Assembly (NCBI GenBank): GCA_963663035.1
Contig: OY760074.1
Span: forward strand, 800,001-864,000
From: Acidobacteriota bacterium
Lineage (GTDB): Bacteria > Acidobacteriota > UBA6911 > RPQK01 > JADFOI01
Direction of reading: 5' to 3'
DNA: 64,000 nucleotides
Shown here: positions 29,069 to 38,859 of the stretch, one piece after another
How the letters are laid out: every line of letters starts with the position of its first letter
Position numbering within the stretch: the stretch's first letter is position 1
Program-made: the position numbers and the translations under genes
Notes under the pieces: generated by a model
Database searches by the model: none
What the model was told of the DNA's origin: nothing
What the model saw: only the letters and a program-made list of their open reading frames with translations

Positions 29069-30104
29069 GGTACAGACCGGGGACATAGGTAACAAAACAG
29101 ACCGGAGACATGGGTGACAGTCTAGTAGGGGAGTATGGAGGCCCAAAGGAGGTGCCCCATGCCCTGGAAGAAGACGGAACCCATGAAAGAGCGAGTCTGT
29201 TTTGTGGCGGAAGTGGAAGAAGGTCGGTTCAACATGAGTGAATTGAGTGAGCGTTACGGGGTGAGCCGGAAGACAGGTTACAAGTGGTGGGGGCGTTACC
29301 AGAAAGAGGGGATTATGGGATTGCAGGATCGCAGCCGGACACCGCATCACAGTCCCACCCGGACGCCAGAGAAAGTGGCCGAAGCGATCCTAGAGGCGAA
29401 GCGGAAACATCCTCGCTGGGGAGCTCGCACGTTGCTGCCCTGGCTGAGGCGACGTCACCCGGAGGTGAAGTGGCCAGTCAGCTCGACGGCGCAGGAAATC
29501 CTCAAGCGGAAGGGTCTGACTGAGCCCCGCCGACGTCGTCGAAGGCACGCCAGTAGGAGCGAACCGGTGCTGGAGGTCGGGAAACCCCATGAGGTGCTGA
29601 CGGCGGACTTCAAGGGAGAGTTCCGTACCCAGGACGGGAGTTATTGTTATCCGCTGACGGTGGCGGACTACATGAGTCGGTACTTGCTGGCGTGTCAAGG
29701 TTTCGCGTCAACGGCCGGGGGACCGGTCAAGGGGGTGTTTGTGCAAATATTCCGTGAGTACGGGTTGCCGCAGGCGATCTTGACCGACAACGGGACTCCC
29801 TTTGCGAGTACGGGACTGTGTCGCCTCTCGCGGCTGTCGGTCTGGTGGATCCGCCTGGGGATTGACCCGGTGTTGATTCAACCTGGACATCCCGAGCAAA
29901 ACGGGAGGCACGAACGAATGCACCGGACGCTCAAGGAACACACCACTCGGCCTCCAGCGGCGAACCGAGCAGCACAACAGAAGGGGTTTAACCGCTTTCG
30001 AGCCGAGTATAACCAAGAGCGACCCCACCAGGCACTGCTGACCTTGCCCCCTAAAACGAGTCCAGTTTGAATGTTAGGATTTCCGGTTTAGGAAGGAGGC
30101 AAGG

Positions 30105-30383
30105 ATGGCAGGGAAGCGGTTTAGGGCAGAACAGATCATCATGAAGCTGCGTGAGGCAGAGGTGGGTCTGGCCCAAGGACAGAGGGTGGGACAGGTGTCG
30201 AAGCAGATGGGGGTGAGCGAGCAGACCTACTACCGGTGGCGCAAAGAGTACGGAGGGCTCCGGTTGGACCAGGCCAAGAGGTTGAAGGTGTTGGAGAAGG
30301 AGAATACCCGGTTGAAGAAGCTGGTGGCGGATCTGTCTTTGGACAAGCAGATCCTGAAGGAAGTGTCCTCGGGAAACTTCTAG
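30105..30383 (+). CDS. IS3 OrfA
   Basis: [38 protein letters not shown]. Confidence 0.92.
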   Translation: MAGKRFRAEQIIMKLREAEVGLAQGQRVGQVSKQMGVSEQTYYRWRKEYGGLRLDQAKRLKVLEKENTRLKKLVADLSLDKQILKEVSSGNF

Positions 30384-31276
30384 GCCCGGCGAACAGGAGA
30401 CGAGCGGTGATGTGGGTACGAGAGCGATTAGGAGCAGAGCGAGTCTCCGAACGTCGGGCCTGCCAAGTGCTGGGACAGGTTCGATCGACCCAGCGAAGGG
30501 AAAGGCAAATTCCCGATGATGAGGCCCGATTGGTGGCCCGGATGGTGGAGTTGGCTACGCAATACGGGCGTTATGGCTACCGGCGGGTCACGGCGATACT
30601 TCATGGGGAAGGGTGGAAGGTGAATCCTAAGCGGGTGGAGAGGCTGTGGAGACAAGAAGGGCTGAAAGTCCCGTCCAGACAGCCGAAACGAAGGAGGCTG
30701 TGGCTTAATGACGGTTCCTGTGTTCGGTTACGAGCGGCTCGCAAGAACCACGTCTGGAGCTATGATTTCGTGCATGAACGGACCCATGATGGGCGAGCCT
30801 TTCGGCTATTGACGATCCTGGATGAGTACACCAGAGAGTGCCTCGCCATTGATGTGAAACGGCAGATGAATCACCAAGACGTGTTGGACCGGCTGGCGGA
30901 GTTATTCGTTGATCGGGGAGTGCCTGAGTTTATCCGGTCCGATAACGGATCGGAGTTTACGGCACAGGCGGTCCGGGACTGGCTGCAGGCTGTTGGGGTA
31001 AGGACCTTGTACATCGAGCCGGGCAGCCCCTGGGAGAATGGGTACATTGAGAGTTTCAACGGGAAACTACGGGATGAGCTGCTGAACATGGAGATCTTCG
31101 ACACGCTGGGGGAAGCCAAGGTGTTGGTAGAACGCTGGCGGAGGGATTACAATCAGATCCGGCCTCACAGCGCCTTGGCCTATCGGCCGCCGGCGCCAGA
31201 GGCCAAACTACCTAGGTCGCAGGCACTGGATCCAATCCCTTGGAGTGGACTTCAAATGGTCCCGGGTCTAGCATAG
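30371..31276 (+). CDS. IS3 OrfB DDE transposase, via -1 frameshift at G-GGA-AAC (30371-30377)
   Basis: [29 protein letters not shown]. Confidence 0.9.
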   Translation, partial: GKLLGPANRRRAVMWVRERLGAERVSERRACQVLGQVRSTQRRERQIPDDEARLVARMVELATQYGRYGYRRVTAILHGEGWKVNPKRVERLWRQEGLKVPSRQPKRRRLWLNDGSCVRLRAARKNHVWSYDFVHERTHDGRAFRLLTILDEYTRECLAIDVKRQMNHQDVLDRLAELFVDRGVPEFIRSDNGSEFTAQAVRDWLQAVGVRTLYIEPGSPWENGYIESFNGKLRDELLNMEIFDTLGEAKVLVERWRRDYNQIRPHSALAYRPPAPEAKLPRSQALDPIPWSGLQMVPGLA

Positions 31277-31575
31277 AGGGTGGACTCGTTCGTGGGGGCA
31301 GGTCACTGCAGGAGAGAACTCCAGCAGAAGTACACCGTCCTTCTGAGCGGCCCTATCCGAAGCGCTTGCCACGGTTGGAGTATCCGGGTTACTTTGAGGT
31401 GCGGCGGGTTGGTTCAAACGGGTGTATTCGCTGGCAAGGACACCGGCTGTTCTTAAGCGGGGTTCTCCAAGGGCAGGACGTTGGTCTGAATGAGATTGAG
31501 GATGGAATCTGGTCGGTGTGCTTTGGATCGGTTCTACTGGGACGTTACGATGAACGACAACAACGCTTATACGGT

Positions 31576-31626
31576 TAGGAGGGGTATCGAAGGGAGCCCT
31601 ACGGGCTCCCTTCGATACCCCTCCTA
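31576..31626. terminator. Perfect 24-bp hairpin inside the IS481 right end
   Basis: taggaggggtatcgaagggagccc-tac-gggctcccttcgatacccctccta; no U-tract, so terminator function is uncertain. Confidence 0.5.
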
Positions 31627-31735
31627 CTCCGTGAAAGTGTTACCTATGTCTCCGGTCTAAAGTGTTACCTATGTCCCCGAATCTTCACGGGAGCGGCCGC
31701 TCACCGAGCCAGCAGGTGTTCCCCCATGATCTGGG

Positions 31736-32056
31736 CTAAATGTCTTGTTCCCCTTGATCCCTCTTCTCCTTGCACATCTTCTCTTTCTCTCTCCACATTT
31801 TCTCTTTCCACATTCTTCGGCGAGGGTTGACGTTGCGCCCGACTACCCCACGACCCAGGATCCAAGAGGCCATGGCGGCCAGGAGCACTAAGCCAAAAGC
31901 GTTGCTGAAGCTCATGGGAACCGCGCCAAACAGATCCGGCATGGCCATGTTCCAGGAGAAATACACCGCAATGGTGGCCACGATGATCACCAGCATGGTC
32001 CAGCCGATCCCGATCATCAGGAAACGACCGATGGAGTGCTTTCCCGGGTGATGCAT
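31736..32056 (-). CDS. Small two-TM hypothetical protein
   Basis: AGGAGG RBS; two hydrophobic segments, charged tail. Confidence 0.7.
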   Translation of the reverse strand: MHHPGKHSIGRFLMIGIGWTMLVIIVATIAVYFSWNMAMPDLFGAVPMSFSNAFGLVLLAAMASWILGRGVVGRNVNPRRRMWKEKMWREKEKMCKEKRDQGEQDI

Positions 32057-32264
32057 GAGGTCTCCTCCTGACAGAGCTAGATGACCGTGTCTGTAGATAG
32101 TAGACCTTCAGGGAGTGAATGGCAACAGGTGAGACTGCGAAACCGCAGCGTAGCTTGACGATACCACTGTGGAGTTGTAGCCTACGCCACAACCTAAGTG
32201 AATCGTTTCGGAAGCCTATAACTTGATTTCTCTAACGGGAACGGCAAAACAGGGAGCAATCACA

Positions 32265-34121
32265 ATGAAAAAACACCTTTGGATGGCGGCTATGGTGATG
32301 GCTGCAAACATCACTGTGGGCTTTGGGCAGCAGGCCGCGGATACGATTCTGCACAACGGCAGGATTCTGACCGTGGACGCGAATTTCAGTGTTGCCGAGG
32401 CCGTTGCGGTTCGCAACACTCAGATTGTGGCGGTGGGAACCAACAATGAAGTTCTGAGACTGGCCGGCCCCAACACGGTCCAGATAGACCTGAAAGGCAA
32501 GACGGTGACGCCGGGGCTTATCCATACCCACACCCATATGGAATCACCCGGGCGTTATGGCCGCAACCTGTCTGCCTCGGTGCAAAAGCGATATTCTGTG
32601 AACTTTAGACAGGTGAACACCGTGGACGATGTCCTCAAGCAGATCAGGGACACCATTGAGGCTTTCGACTTCGAGCCGGGCGAGTGGATCTCTTTCACCA
32701 CCAACCCGACGGGAGATCAGGCCAGGATGCTCTTTGACGACATGAACCGGTGGGAACTGGACAAGGCCGCTCCAGACAATCCTATCTTTCTCTCTTTGGG
32801 GGTGCCGATCCTGAACATGGTGCTTATCAACAGTAAGGCCATCGAAGCACTGTGGGACAAGCACGGAGACTTCATTGAGACCTACGGGCGTTACTGGCTC
32901 GATCCCTCCGGCCGGCCGGATGGCCATCTGGAGCCTCCCGCCGCCCGTATCGTTGTGCAAGAGTTTGCGCCGGTGCCCGATGTCGAGATCATGGCTCCCC
33001 TCTACAGGAAGGCTCTCGAGGAGCGGGCAGCATCGGGTATCACGACGCTTTCAGGGGGTCTGCATGAATTCTCTGTGGACGTCTATAAATGGCTCGACGC
33101 CCGAGGTCAGATGCCGTTGAGATATGGCTACGGTGTCAGTTGGACCTTTGGGATCCCGGGAGCGGACAACACCCAGTACCAAATGGGGAGCGGCACCGAC
33201 ACGGTCTGGATCACTTCAATGAGTGCCCGGGGGGTCGATGGAGCGGGCGCCAGAATGTGCATTTCGCTCGACAGGGACGCCGCTGCAGTGGCCGAAGCTC
33301 AAGGAGGCCAAGGTTCCCTGATGGGGCTGGCTGCAATCTCCGACTGGTTCCCGCGCGGCCAATGCCACCTGGACATTGAGTACAGTGGAGGAAACCGGGG
33401 GGCGAGCCTAAGGGCCAACTACTTCCCCGAGTGGTACAACCAGGTTGCCCAGGACGGTCTGCGCTCCGCCAATTTGCACATGTCTGGGGATGAGTCCTAC
33501 AGCCTTTTTCTGTCGATGCTGGAGCGTATCGACCGGGCCAACCCGGGAGCGGTGAAGGGCTGGGCCATGGACCATTGCACGATGATCAAGCCCGAGGATG
33601 TGCCACGCGCGGCCAAACTGGGACTGATGTGGAGCTGCGCCCCGCTGGGCGAAGGGGGTCGAGCCCCCATGATTGGGGCGGCTTTCGGCGACGCTGTGGC
33701 TCACACCTTTGTGGCTCCGGTGAAGAGCATGCTAGACGCAGGCATCAACGTTTCCCTGGAGGGGGGATGGTCGGCAATCGAGACCCTGATCACGCGCAAG
33801 GACCCGGACGGCAAGGCGTGGGGACCTGACCAGAGCTTGGACCGGGCCACCGCTCTGAGAGTCGCCACCCGCAACGGGGCCAATTATGTCCTCAAAGGGG
33901 ACAAGCTCGGTTCCATCGAGACGGGCAAACTGGCCGACCTGGTGGTGATCGATCGGGACTATATGACGATTCCCGAGGAAGACATTTCTGAAGTTGGGGC
34001 TTTGGTGACGATGCTGGGCGGAAAATTCATCTTCGTGCATTCCGACTTTTCCGAAGAGTATAACTTTAGACCTGCTGGCGCCGTTCTTGGAACTCCTGAG
34101 ACACTCAGGGAGCGAGAGTAA
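32265..34121 (+). CDS. Secreted amidohydrolase (YtcJ-like, amidohydro_3)
   Basis: ADTILHNGRILTVD, PGLIHTHTH, GSIETGKLADLVV; signal peptide. Confidence 0.87.
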   Translation: MKKHLWMAAMVMAANITVGFGQQAADTILHNGRILTVDANFSVAEAVAVRNTQIVAVGTNNEVLRLAGPNTVQIDLKGKTVTPGLIHTHTHMESPGRYGRNLSASVQKRYSVNFRQVNTVDDVLKQIRDTIEAFDFEPGEWISFTTNPTGDQARMLFDDMNRWELDKAAPDNPIFLSLGVPILNMVLINSKAIEALWDKHGDFIETYGRYWLDPSGRPDGHLEPPAARIVVQEFAPVPDVEIMAPLYRKALEERAASGITTLSGGLHEFSVDVYKWLDARGQMPLRYGYGVSWTFGIPGADNTQYQMGSGTDTVWITSMSARGVDGAGARMCISLDRDAAAVAEAQGGQGSLMGLAAISDWFPRGQCHLDIEYSGGNRGASLRANYFPEWYNQVAQDGLRSANLHMSGDESYSLFLSMLERIDRANPGAVKGWAMDHCTMIKPEDVPRAAKLGLMWSCAPLGEGGRAPMIGAAFGDAVAHTFVAPVKSMLDAGINVSLEGGWSAIETLITRKDPDGKAWGPDQSLDRATALRVATRNGANYVLKGDKLGSIETGKLADLVVIDRDYMTIPEEDISEVGALVTMLGGKFIFVHSDFSEEYNFRPAGAVLGTPETLRERE

Positions 34122-34145
34122 GAGATGCAGCGCTAGGGATTCTCG

Positions 34146-34171
34146 AGCCGGGATTATGCATAATCCCGGCT
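34146..34171. repeat. Perfect 26-bp palindrome equivalent to the joined ends of the 55389/56448 elements
   Basis: agccgggattatgcataatcccggct. Confidence 0.8.
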
Positions 34172-34242
34172 AGGCAGCTTTGGACCCTGATCATAGATGA
34201 TCCGCCTGCCCATTTCGATCCAATCATAAGGCCTTTCCTGCA

Positions 34243-34271
34243 TTGACATGCAGCAGGGGACGGGGTATAAT
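34243..34271 (+). promoter_or_regulatory. Consensus sigma70 promoter
   Basis: TTGACA-17 nt-TATAAT upstream of the rpoD-like gene. Confidence 0.85.
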
Positions 34272-34376
34272 CCCTAGGCCTTTATCCACATCTCTGAACT
34301 GTTACAACCCTGACAACGAAGGACTTTCAGGGCCATGGCCGATCATGAATTCCAAACAGCGGTAGGAGTTTCGTAA

Positions 34377-36098
34377 ATGTTGTCGATTAACGAACTACTG
34401 GAAAATAGTGAAGAAAGATTCGCGGGCATTAAAGAGCTCATAACCCTCGGGGAAGAGAAGGGCTATCTTCTTTACGAAGAGATTCAAGATATCCTTTCAG
34501 ATCATATCCAGTCCTCAAAAGATCTAGACAGGATTCTTCAGGTGGTCAGTGATGCCGGGATCCAGGTTGTCGATTCTGAGCAAAAGCTGGAAGCTGTCAA
34601 GCTGAAGACCCGCCCCAAAGCAGTAGAAAAGGACGGGAAGCAGGGGCCTCATCCTGCTGCTGTGAGCTTTGAGAAGACCAATGATCCGGTTCGGATATAT
34701 CTCAGAGAAATGGGCACGGTGCCTCTTTTGACTCGGCAAGGAGAAGTTGAGATAGCCAAGAGAATTGAAAAGGGCCAAGAGAGTGTCCGTGAAGCGCTGT
34801 TTCGCTCGCCAGTCGTGGTCGCGCAAATCTCCAAGTATGGCGATCAGCTCCGGAATAACGATCTGAATATAAAAAGCCTGGTCAAATTCAGCGAAGATGA
34901 ACTAACGGATGAGATCCTGACCAAGAGGCGTAGGTTGGTGTTGAGGCGCATCAATAAAGTCGCCGCCTTGGAAGGGGAAGCCGCCGAACTAAGAAAACGG
35001 GTGAGTAGGGTCAAGAAAGACGGTAAGGCCCACAAGAGAATGCTCTCTCAGTTAGCACGCCTTCGGATCCCCATAACCCGGATTCCCCGTGAGCTGGAGC
35101 TGACGGCTCAGGTGCATCAAAAACTGGTGCAGTTGATCAGGAACACCGTGGATCAGATTGTCACACTGGAGAGAGAATCCAAGCAACTCAAAAAATTGAA
35201 GGAAACTCGATTAAAGCTCGATGAGGCCAAGAAAGTGAGATTGCGCCGGCGAGTCATTGACAAGGAGATGAAGGAAATCGAGGAGGAGGTGTCAGCTTCG
35301 CCAATCGCAATCAAGCGAACCCTGGCAGCCATAAAACAGGGAGAGTTGGAAGCGGAAATTGCCAAGAAGGAGCTGGTGGAAGCCAACCTTCGCCTGGTGG
35401 TCTCGATTGCCAAAAAGTACTTCAACCGGGGATTACAGTTTCTGGATTTAATCCAGGAGGGCAATATCGGCTTGATGAAAGCTGTCGATAAGTTTGAATA
35501 CCAAAGGGGTTACAAGTTTTCCACTTATGCCACCTGGTGGATTCGCCAGGCCATGACACGAGCCATTGCCGATCAGGCGCGAACCATTCGTATTCCGGTG
35601 CATATGATTGAGGCCATCAACAAGCTGATCCGGACCTCGCGTGCGCTGGTTCAGGATTATGGTCGAGAGCCTACTTCCGAAGAAATTGCTGAGAAGATGG
35701 ACATTCCAGTGAGTAAGGTGCGCAAAGTTCTCAAGATCGCTCAGCAACCCATCTCATTGGAGACCCCTGTCGGAGAGGAAGAGGATAGCCACCTGGGTGA
35801 CTTTATCGAAGACCAGGGCGCCGTTTCCCCTGCCGAGGCGGTGATCAATCTCAATCTTAAGGATCAGACGGCGGCCGTCCTGCAGACCTTGCTCCCCCGA
35901 GAGGAGCAAATCGTTCGAATGCGATTTGGCATCGGGGAGGGTAGCGAAAGTACTCTAGAGCAGGTCGGGCAGAGGTTCTCTCTCACCCGCGAGCGGATTC
36001 GCCAGATCGAAGCGAAGGCACTGCGCAAACTGCGCAATCCCCCCTCGGGAAGAGGGGACAGTGTAGACTGGCCCCCTATCCCCTCCCTACGGTCATGA
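34377..36098 (+). CDS. rpoD: RpoD-type sigma70 factor (possibly a paralog)
   Basis: Region 1.1, [53 protein letters not shown]. Confidence 0.88.
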   Translation: MLSINELLENSEERFAGIKELITLGEEKGYLLYEEIQDILSDHIQSSKDLDRILQVVSDAGIQVVDSEQKLEAVKLKTRPKAVEKDGKQGPHPAAVSFEKTNDPVRIYLREMGTVPLLTRQGEVEIAKRIEKGQESVREALFRSPVVVAQISKYGDQLRNNDLNIKSLVKFSEDELTDEILTKRRRLVLRRINKVAALEGEAAELRKRVSRVKKDGKAHKRMLSQLARLRIPITRIPRELELTAQVHQKLVQLIRNTVDQIVTLERESKQLKKLKETRLKLDEAKKVRLRRRVIDKEMKEIEEEVSASPIAIKRTLAAIKQGELEAEIAKKELVEANLRLVVSIAKKYFNRGLQFLDLIQEGNIGLMKAVDKFEYQRGYKFSTYATWWIRQAMTRAIADQARTIRIPVHMIEAINKLIRTSRALVQDYGREPTSEEIAEKMDIPVSKVRKVLKIAQQPISLETPVGEEEDSHLGDFIEDQGAVSPAEAVINLNLKDQTAAVLQTLLPREEQIVRMRFGIGEGSESTLEQVGQRFSLTRERIRQIEAKALRKLRNPPSGRGDSVDWPPIPSLRS

Positions 36099-36126
36099 CT
36101 GGCACGACGGTCCTAGGACGACTTCG

Positions 36127-36849
36127 ATGATCCCACTGCGTGATGACAATCCCACCACCATCGTGCCCGTCATGACCGTGGGCCTGATTGCGCTCAACGT
36201 CCTGGTGTTTTTCTACCAGATTTCGCTGGGGCCAGGAGAAGGTGAGCTGTTTGTCTACCAATTTGGTGCCATTCCTTCTGTCATCTTCGGTTCCCAAACT
36301 CTTCCCTCCGAGCTGGTAGCCATTCCCGCCTCATTCAGCATTTTCACCAGCATGTTTCTGCACGGTGGGTTCATGCATCTGATCGGCAACATGCTCTACC
36401 TGTGGATCTTCGGCAACAATATAGAAGACGCCATGAGCCATGGACGATTCGTTTTGTTCTACCTGCTGACCGGCGTAGTTGCTTCGATGAGCCACTTTCT
36501 AACCGACGTCACATCGGAGATCCCCACCATCGGCGCAAGCGGTGCCATCTCGGGGGTCCTGGGTGCCTACATCTTATTGTATCCTCGGGCGCGGGTTCTG
36601 GTTCTGATTCCGCTGGGCTTCTTTATGCGCGTGATGTACATCCCGGCTGGATTTGTTCTGGGATTTTACTTTGTCATTCAGCTTTTCCAGGGGACCTTAA
36701 GCTTGGGAGAGGGCGGCGGCGGAGTCGCTTGGTTCGCTCACATCGGAGGATTCATCGCGGGGTTGGCTCTGGTAGGGTTGTTCAAGCAGCCAACGGTCCA
36801 GTTCTTCAACCAGCCACATCACCACCCTCGCCGGATAGATCGCTGGTGA
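36127..36849 (+). CDS. Rhomboid intramembrane serine protease
   Basis: MIPLRDDNP, SMFLHGG..HL.GNM, GASG, AHIGGF. Confidence 0.92.
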   Translation: MIPLRDDNPTTIVPVMTVGLIALNVLVFFYQISLGPGEGELFVYQFGAIPSVIFGSQTLPSELVAIPASFSIFTSMFLHGGFMHLIGNMLYLWIFGNNIEDAMSHGRFVLFYLLTGVVASMSHFLTDVTSEIPTIGASGAISGVLGAYILLYPRARVLVLIPLGFFMRVMYIPAGFVLGFYFVIQLFQGTLSLGEGGGGVAWFAHIGGFIAGLALVGLFKQPTVQFFNQPHHHPRRIDRW

Positions 36850-36863
36850 GGCCTGCCGACACA

Positions 36864-37071
36864 AGCCCGCACTTCTCACACCCGCTCTGTTGCATCGGCG
36901 CAATGATCCGCCCTGCCAGCGTTGCACGACCCGCAAGCGGGTACCCCTCGGCTCCTCAACGTACTCAAGAGTACGTTTGCGGGGGCCGACCCCAAGCGGG
37001 TACCCCTCGCGCGCCTTGTCAGGCCGGCCCTTCCGCCGCTTCGCGACGACCTGGTGTGAGAAATGCGGGCT
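36864..37071. repeat. About 208-bp structured intergenic element (MITE/REPIN-like)
   Basis: Terminal IR agcccgcaYttctcacacc (18/19); core shared with the 55389 and 56448 copies. Confidence 0.8.
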
Positions 37072-37108
37072 ACACCTGATACCGGCCTGATTTTGTTAAG
37101 CTGGAAGT

Positions 37109-37810
37109 ATGTCGACTGCTCACTCCTCACGAGGACCGTCCGGCTGGGCAATTGTCTTTGTTCTGCTCTTCGCTTCCTTCCCGCTCTGGTTTGAAGCTCT
37201 CTGGCCGTGGTATTCAAGCGAACCCCTGGTGCCGTCGATTATTGGCGCGCTTGGGGTGTCCGGACTGCCTGATTTTCCCTTTACGGTACTGCTGTGGGTT
37301 ACCGTTCCGCTTGGCCTTGTTCTGCTTTTCCGGATCCTACTCCGGAAAAGGTCTGGAGCGGCGCTACCCAAGGAGGCTTTAAACGTAACCGTTCAGATTA
37401 GGGAGCCCCTCTACATCAAGAGAGTGGAGCTCGTGCAGGGGGACGGAGAAAGTCCTTATTGGATGCTCATGTTGAGCCAAGCGGTGATCCGAAATCGGAC
37501 CAAGTCCAGGGTCAGCTTGAAATTCGATCTTCAATGCAAGACTGAGGATGGCAAACCCTGTGAGCTTCCAGAGCGCAGCCAGCTGGATTCGTTCATCAAG
37601 ACTCCGGAGAGCCCACATGACTTTCTAAAGGGGCCAGTCGCTTTAGATAGCGGTAAGAAGGCCGAAGGGGATATCTGCTTTGGCTACGCTGAGTTCCCGG
37701 CAACCAAAGAAGGCCCCAAGCTGGAGACTTCCGACTCTCAACTGCTGGTCACGGACAGGCTGTCCAACAAGAAAGTCGTCTTCGACGTGCATGGGTTAGT
37801 GAAACCCTGA
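37109..37810 (+). CDS. Hypothetical membrane protein
   Basis: Two N-terminal TMs, soluble C-terminal domain. Confidence 0.7.
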   Translation: MSTAHSSRGPSGWAIVFVLLFASFPLWFEALWPWYSSEPLVPSIIGALGVSGLPDFPFTVLLWVTVPLGLVLLFRILLRKRSGAALPKEALNVTVQIREPLYIKRVELVQGDGESPYWMLMLSQAVIRNRTKSRVSLKFDLQCKTEDGKPCELPERSQLDSFIKTPESPHDFLKGPVALDSGKKAEGDICFGYAEFPATKEGPKLETSDSQLLVTDRLSNKKVVFDVHGLVKP

Positions 37811-37880
37811 CAGCTGACACCTGACAGCTGACACCTTTCCCTCTGTTCGAACTCTCCGGGTTCAGGTTACAATCCAGCCC

Positions 37881-38246
37881 ATGAATTTCAGAAAGATCAG
37901 CGAAGTCGCTCAATTCAGTCCCGAGAAGATGCAAAAGATTAATCTCTTTGAGAGTTCGCGAATGTTCTGCGACCTCTACTGCCTGGAACCTGACCAGAAG
38001 CAGAAGCTTCACAGCCACCAAGGAAATGACAAGATCTACTATGTCGTTGAAGGCGAAGGCCGCTTTACCATCGGCCAGGAAACGCGCTTACTCCGGCCGG
38101 GCGACATCACTTGTGCCTTTTCAGATGAGCCTCATGGAGTGGAGAACTCGAGCGACGGACGTCTCGTTTGTCTGGTCTTTATGGCTCCTCACCCCAGTTG
38201 GACAGATGAGAGAGAGTCAAAAGAGTTGACGGAAGGCTCACTCTAG
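37881..38246 (+). CDS. Cupin domain protein
   Basis: HSH...KIYYVVEGEG...PHGVEN. Confidence 0.88.
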   Translation: MNFRKISEVAQFSPEKMQKINLFESSRMFCDLYCLEPDQKQKLHSHQGNDKIYYVVEGEGRFTIGQETRLLRPGDITCAFSDEPHGVENSSDGRLVCLVFMAPHPSWTDERESKELTEGSL

Positions 38247-38262
38247 TTGAAGATGGCAGGCG

Positions 38263-38859
38263 ATGAATGAAGTGAAACGGGTTGCCGTTGTGTTGTGTAT
38301 CGCCCTTTTGAGCGGATGCTCGAGTTCCCAGCAGAGTGACTCGGGGTCTGCCCCTGAACAAGCGAGTTCCCCCGAGTCGGCACAAGCTTCCGGTGCTGGA
38401 CTGGAATTTGAGACCCCTTCAGCCTGGATCAAGGAAACTCCTTCTTCCTCTATGCGCTTAGCTCAGTACCGCTTGCCTCACCTCCCAGAGGATAGCGAGG
38501 ATGCGGAGCTGGCGGTCTTTTATTTTGGAGGCCAGGGAGGAACGGTTCAGGCCAATGTGGAACGCTGGATCGGACAGTTCTCAGACCCCAATGGTTCTCC
38601 TCTAGCCGATGCCGTCAAAGTTTCCGAGAGGGACACCGATGCAATCCACCTGACCATTGTCGATGTGAGCGGCACTTACCACCAGGCCCAGGGACCGATG
38701 ATGGCAGCAACGACGGACAAACCCAACTACCGGATGCTGGCCGCGGTAGCCGAGGGGCCTACTGGACCCACTTTCTTCAAACTGACCGGGCCTCAGGGCA
38801 CTGTGGATCATTTTGAAGACAGTTTTCAGACGATGCTGGATACGGTCCGGATCAGGTAG
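38263..38859 (+). CDS. Conserved hypothetical lipoprotein
   Basis: Lipobox LSGC; SMRLAQY, ANVERWIGQF, FFKLTGP. Confidence 0.8.
   Translation: MNEVKRVAVVLCIALLSGCSSSQQSDSGSAPEQASSPESAQASGAGLEFETPSAWIKETPSSSMRLAQYRLPHLPEDSEDAELAVFYFGGQGGTVQANVERWIGQFSDPNGSPLADAVKVSERDTDAIHLTIVDVSGTYHQAQGPMMAATTDKPNYRMLAAVAEGPTGPTFFKLTGPQGTVDHFEDSFQTMLDTVRIR

Larger units (their letters stand above)
30039..31305 (+). mobile_element. IS3-family element (IS407-like)
   Basis: TG...CA ends, imperfect IRs tgaccttgccccctaaaacgagtcca / tggactcgttcgtgggggcaggtca, 4-bp TSD CTGC (30035-30038, 31306-31309). Confidence 0.93.
29159..31578 (+). pseudogene. IS481 transposase split by IS3 insertion
   Basis: MPWK..HTH, TADFKG, TDNG.PF, NGRHERMHRT; removing the IS3 and one CTGC restores HQAL-QERTP in frame. 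Confidence 0.88.
29069..31689 (+). mobile_element. IS481-family insertion sequence interrupted by an IS3
   Basis: Two copies per end of agaccggRgacatRggtRaca in inverted orientation (29074-29119; 31638-31679); exact ends uncertain by a few bp. Confidence 0.85.

Noticed and set aside
29060-31700. Target-site duplication and TGT...ACA termini for the IS481
   Set aside because: Ends read GGT.../...ACG and no unambiguous duplication is visible, so boundaries are approximate.
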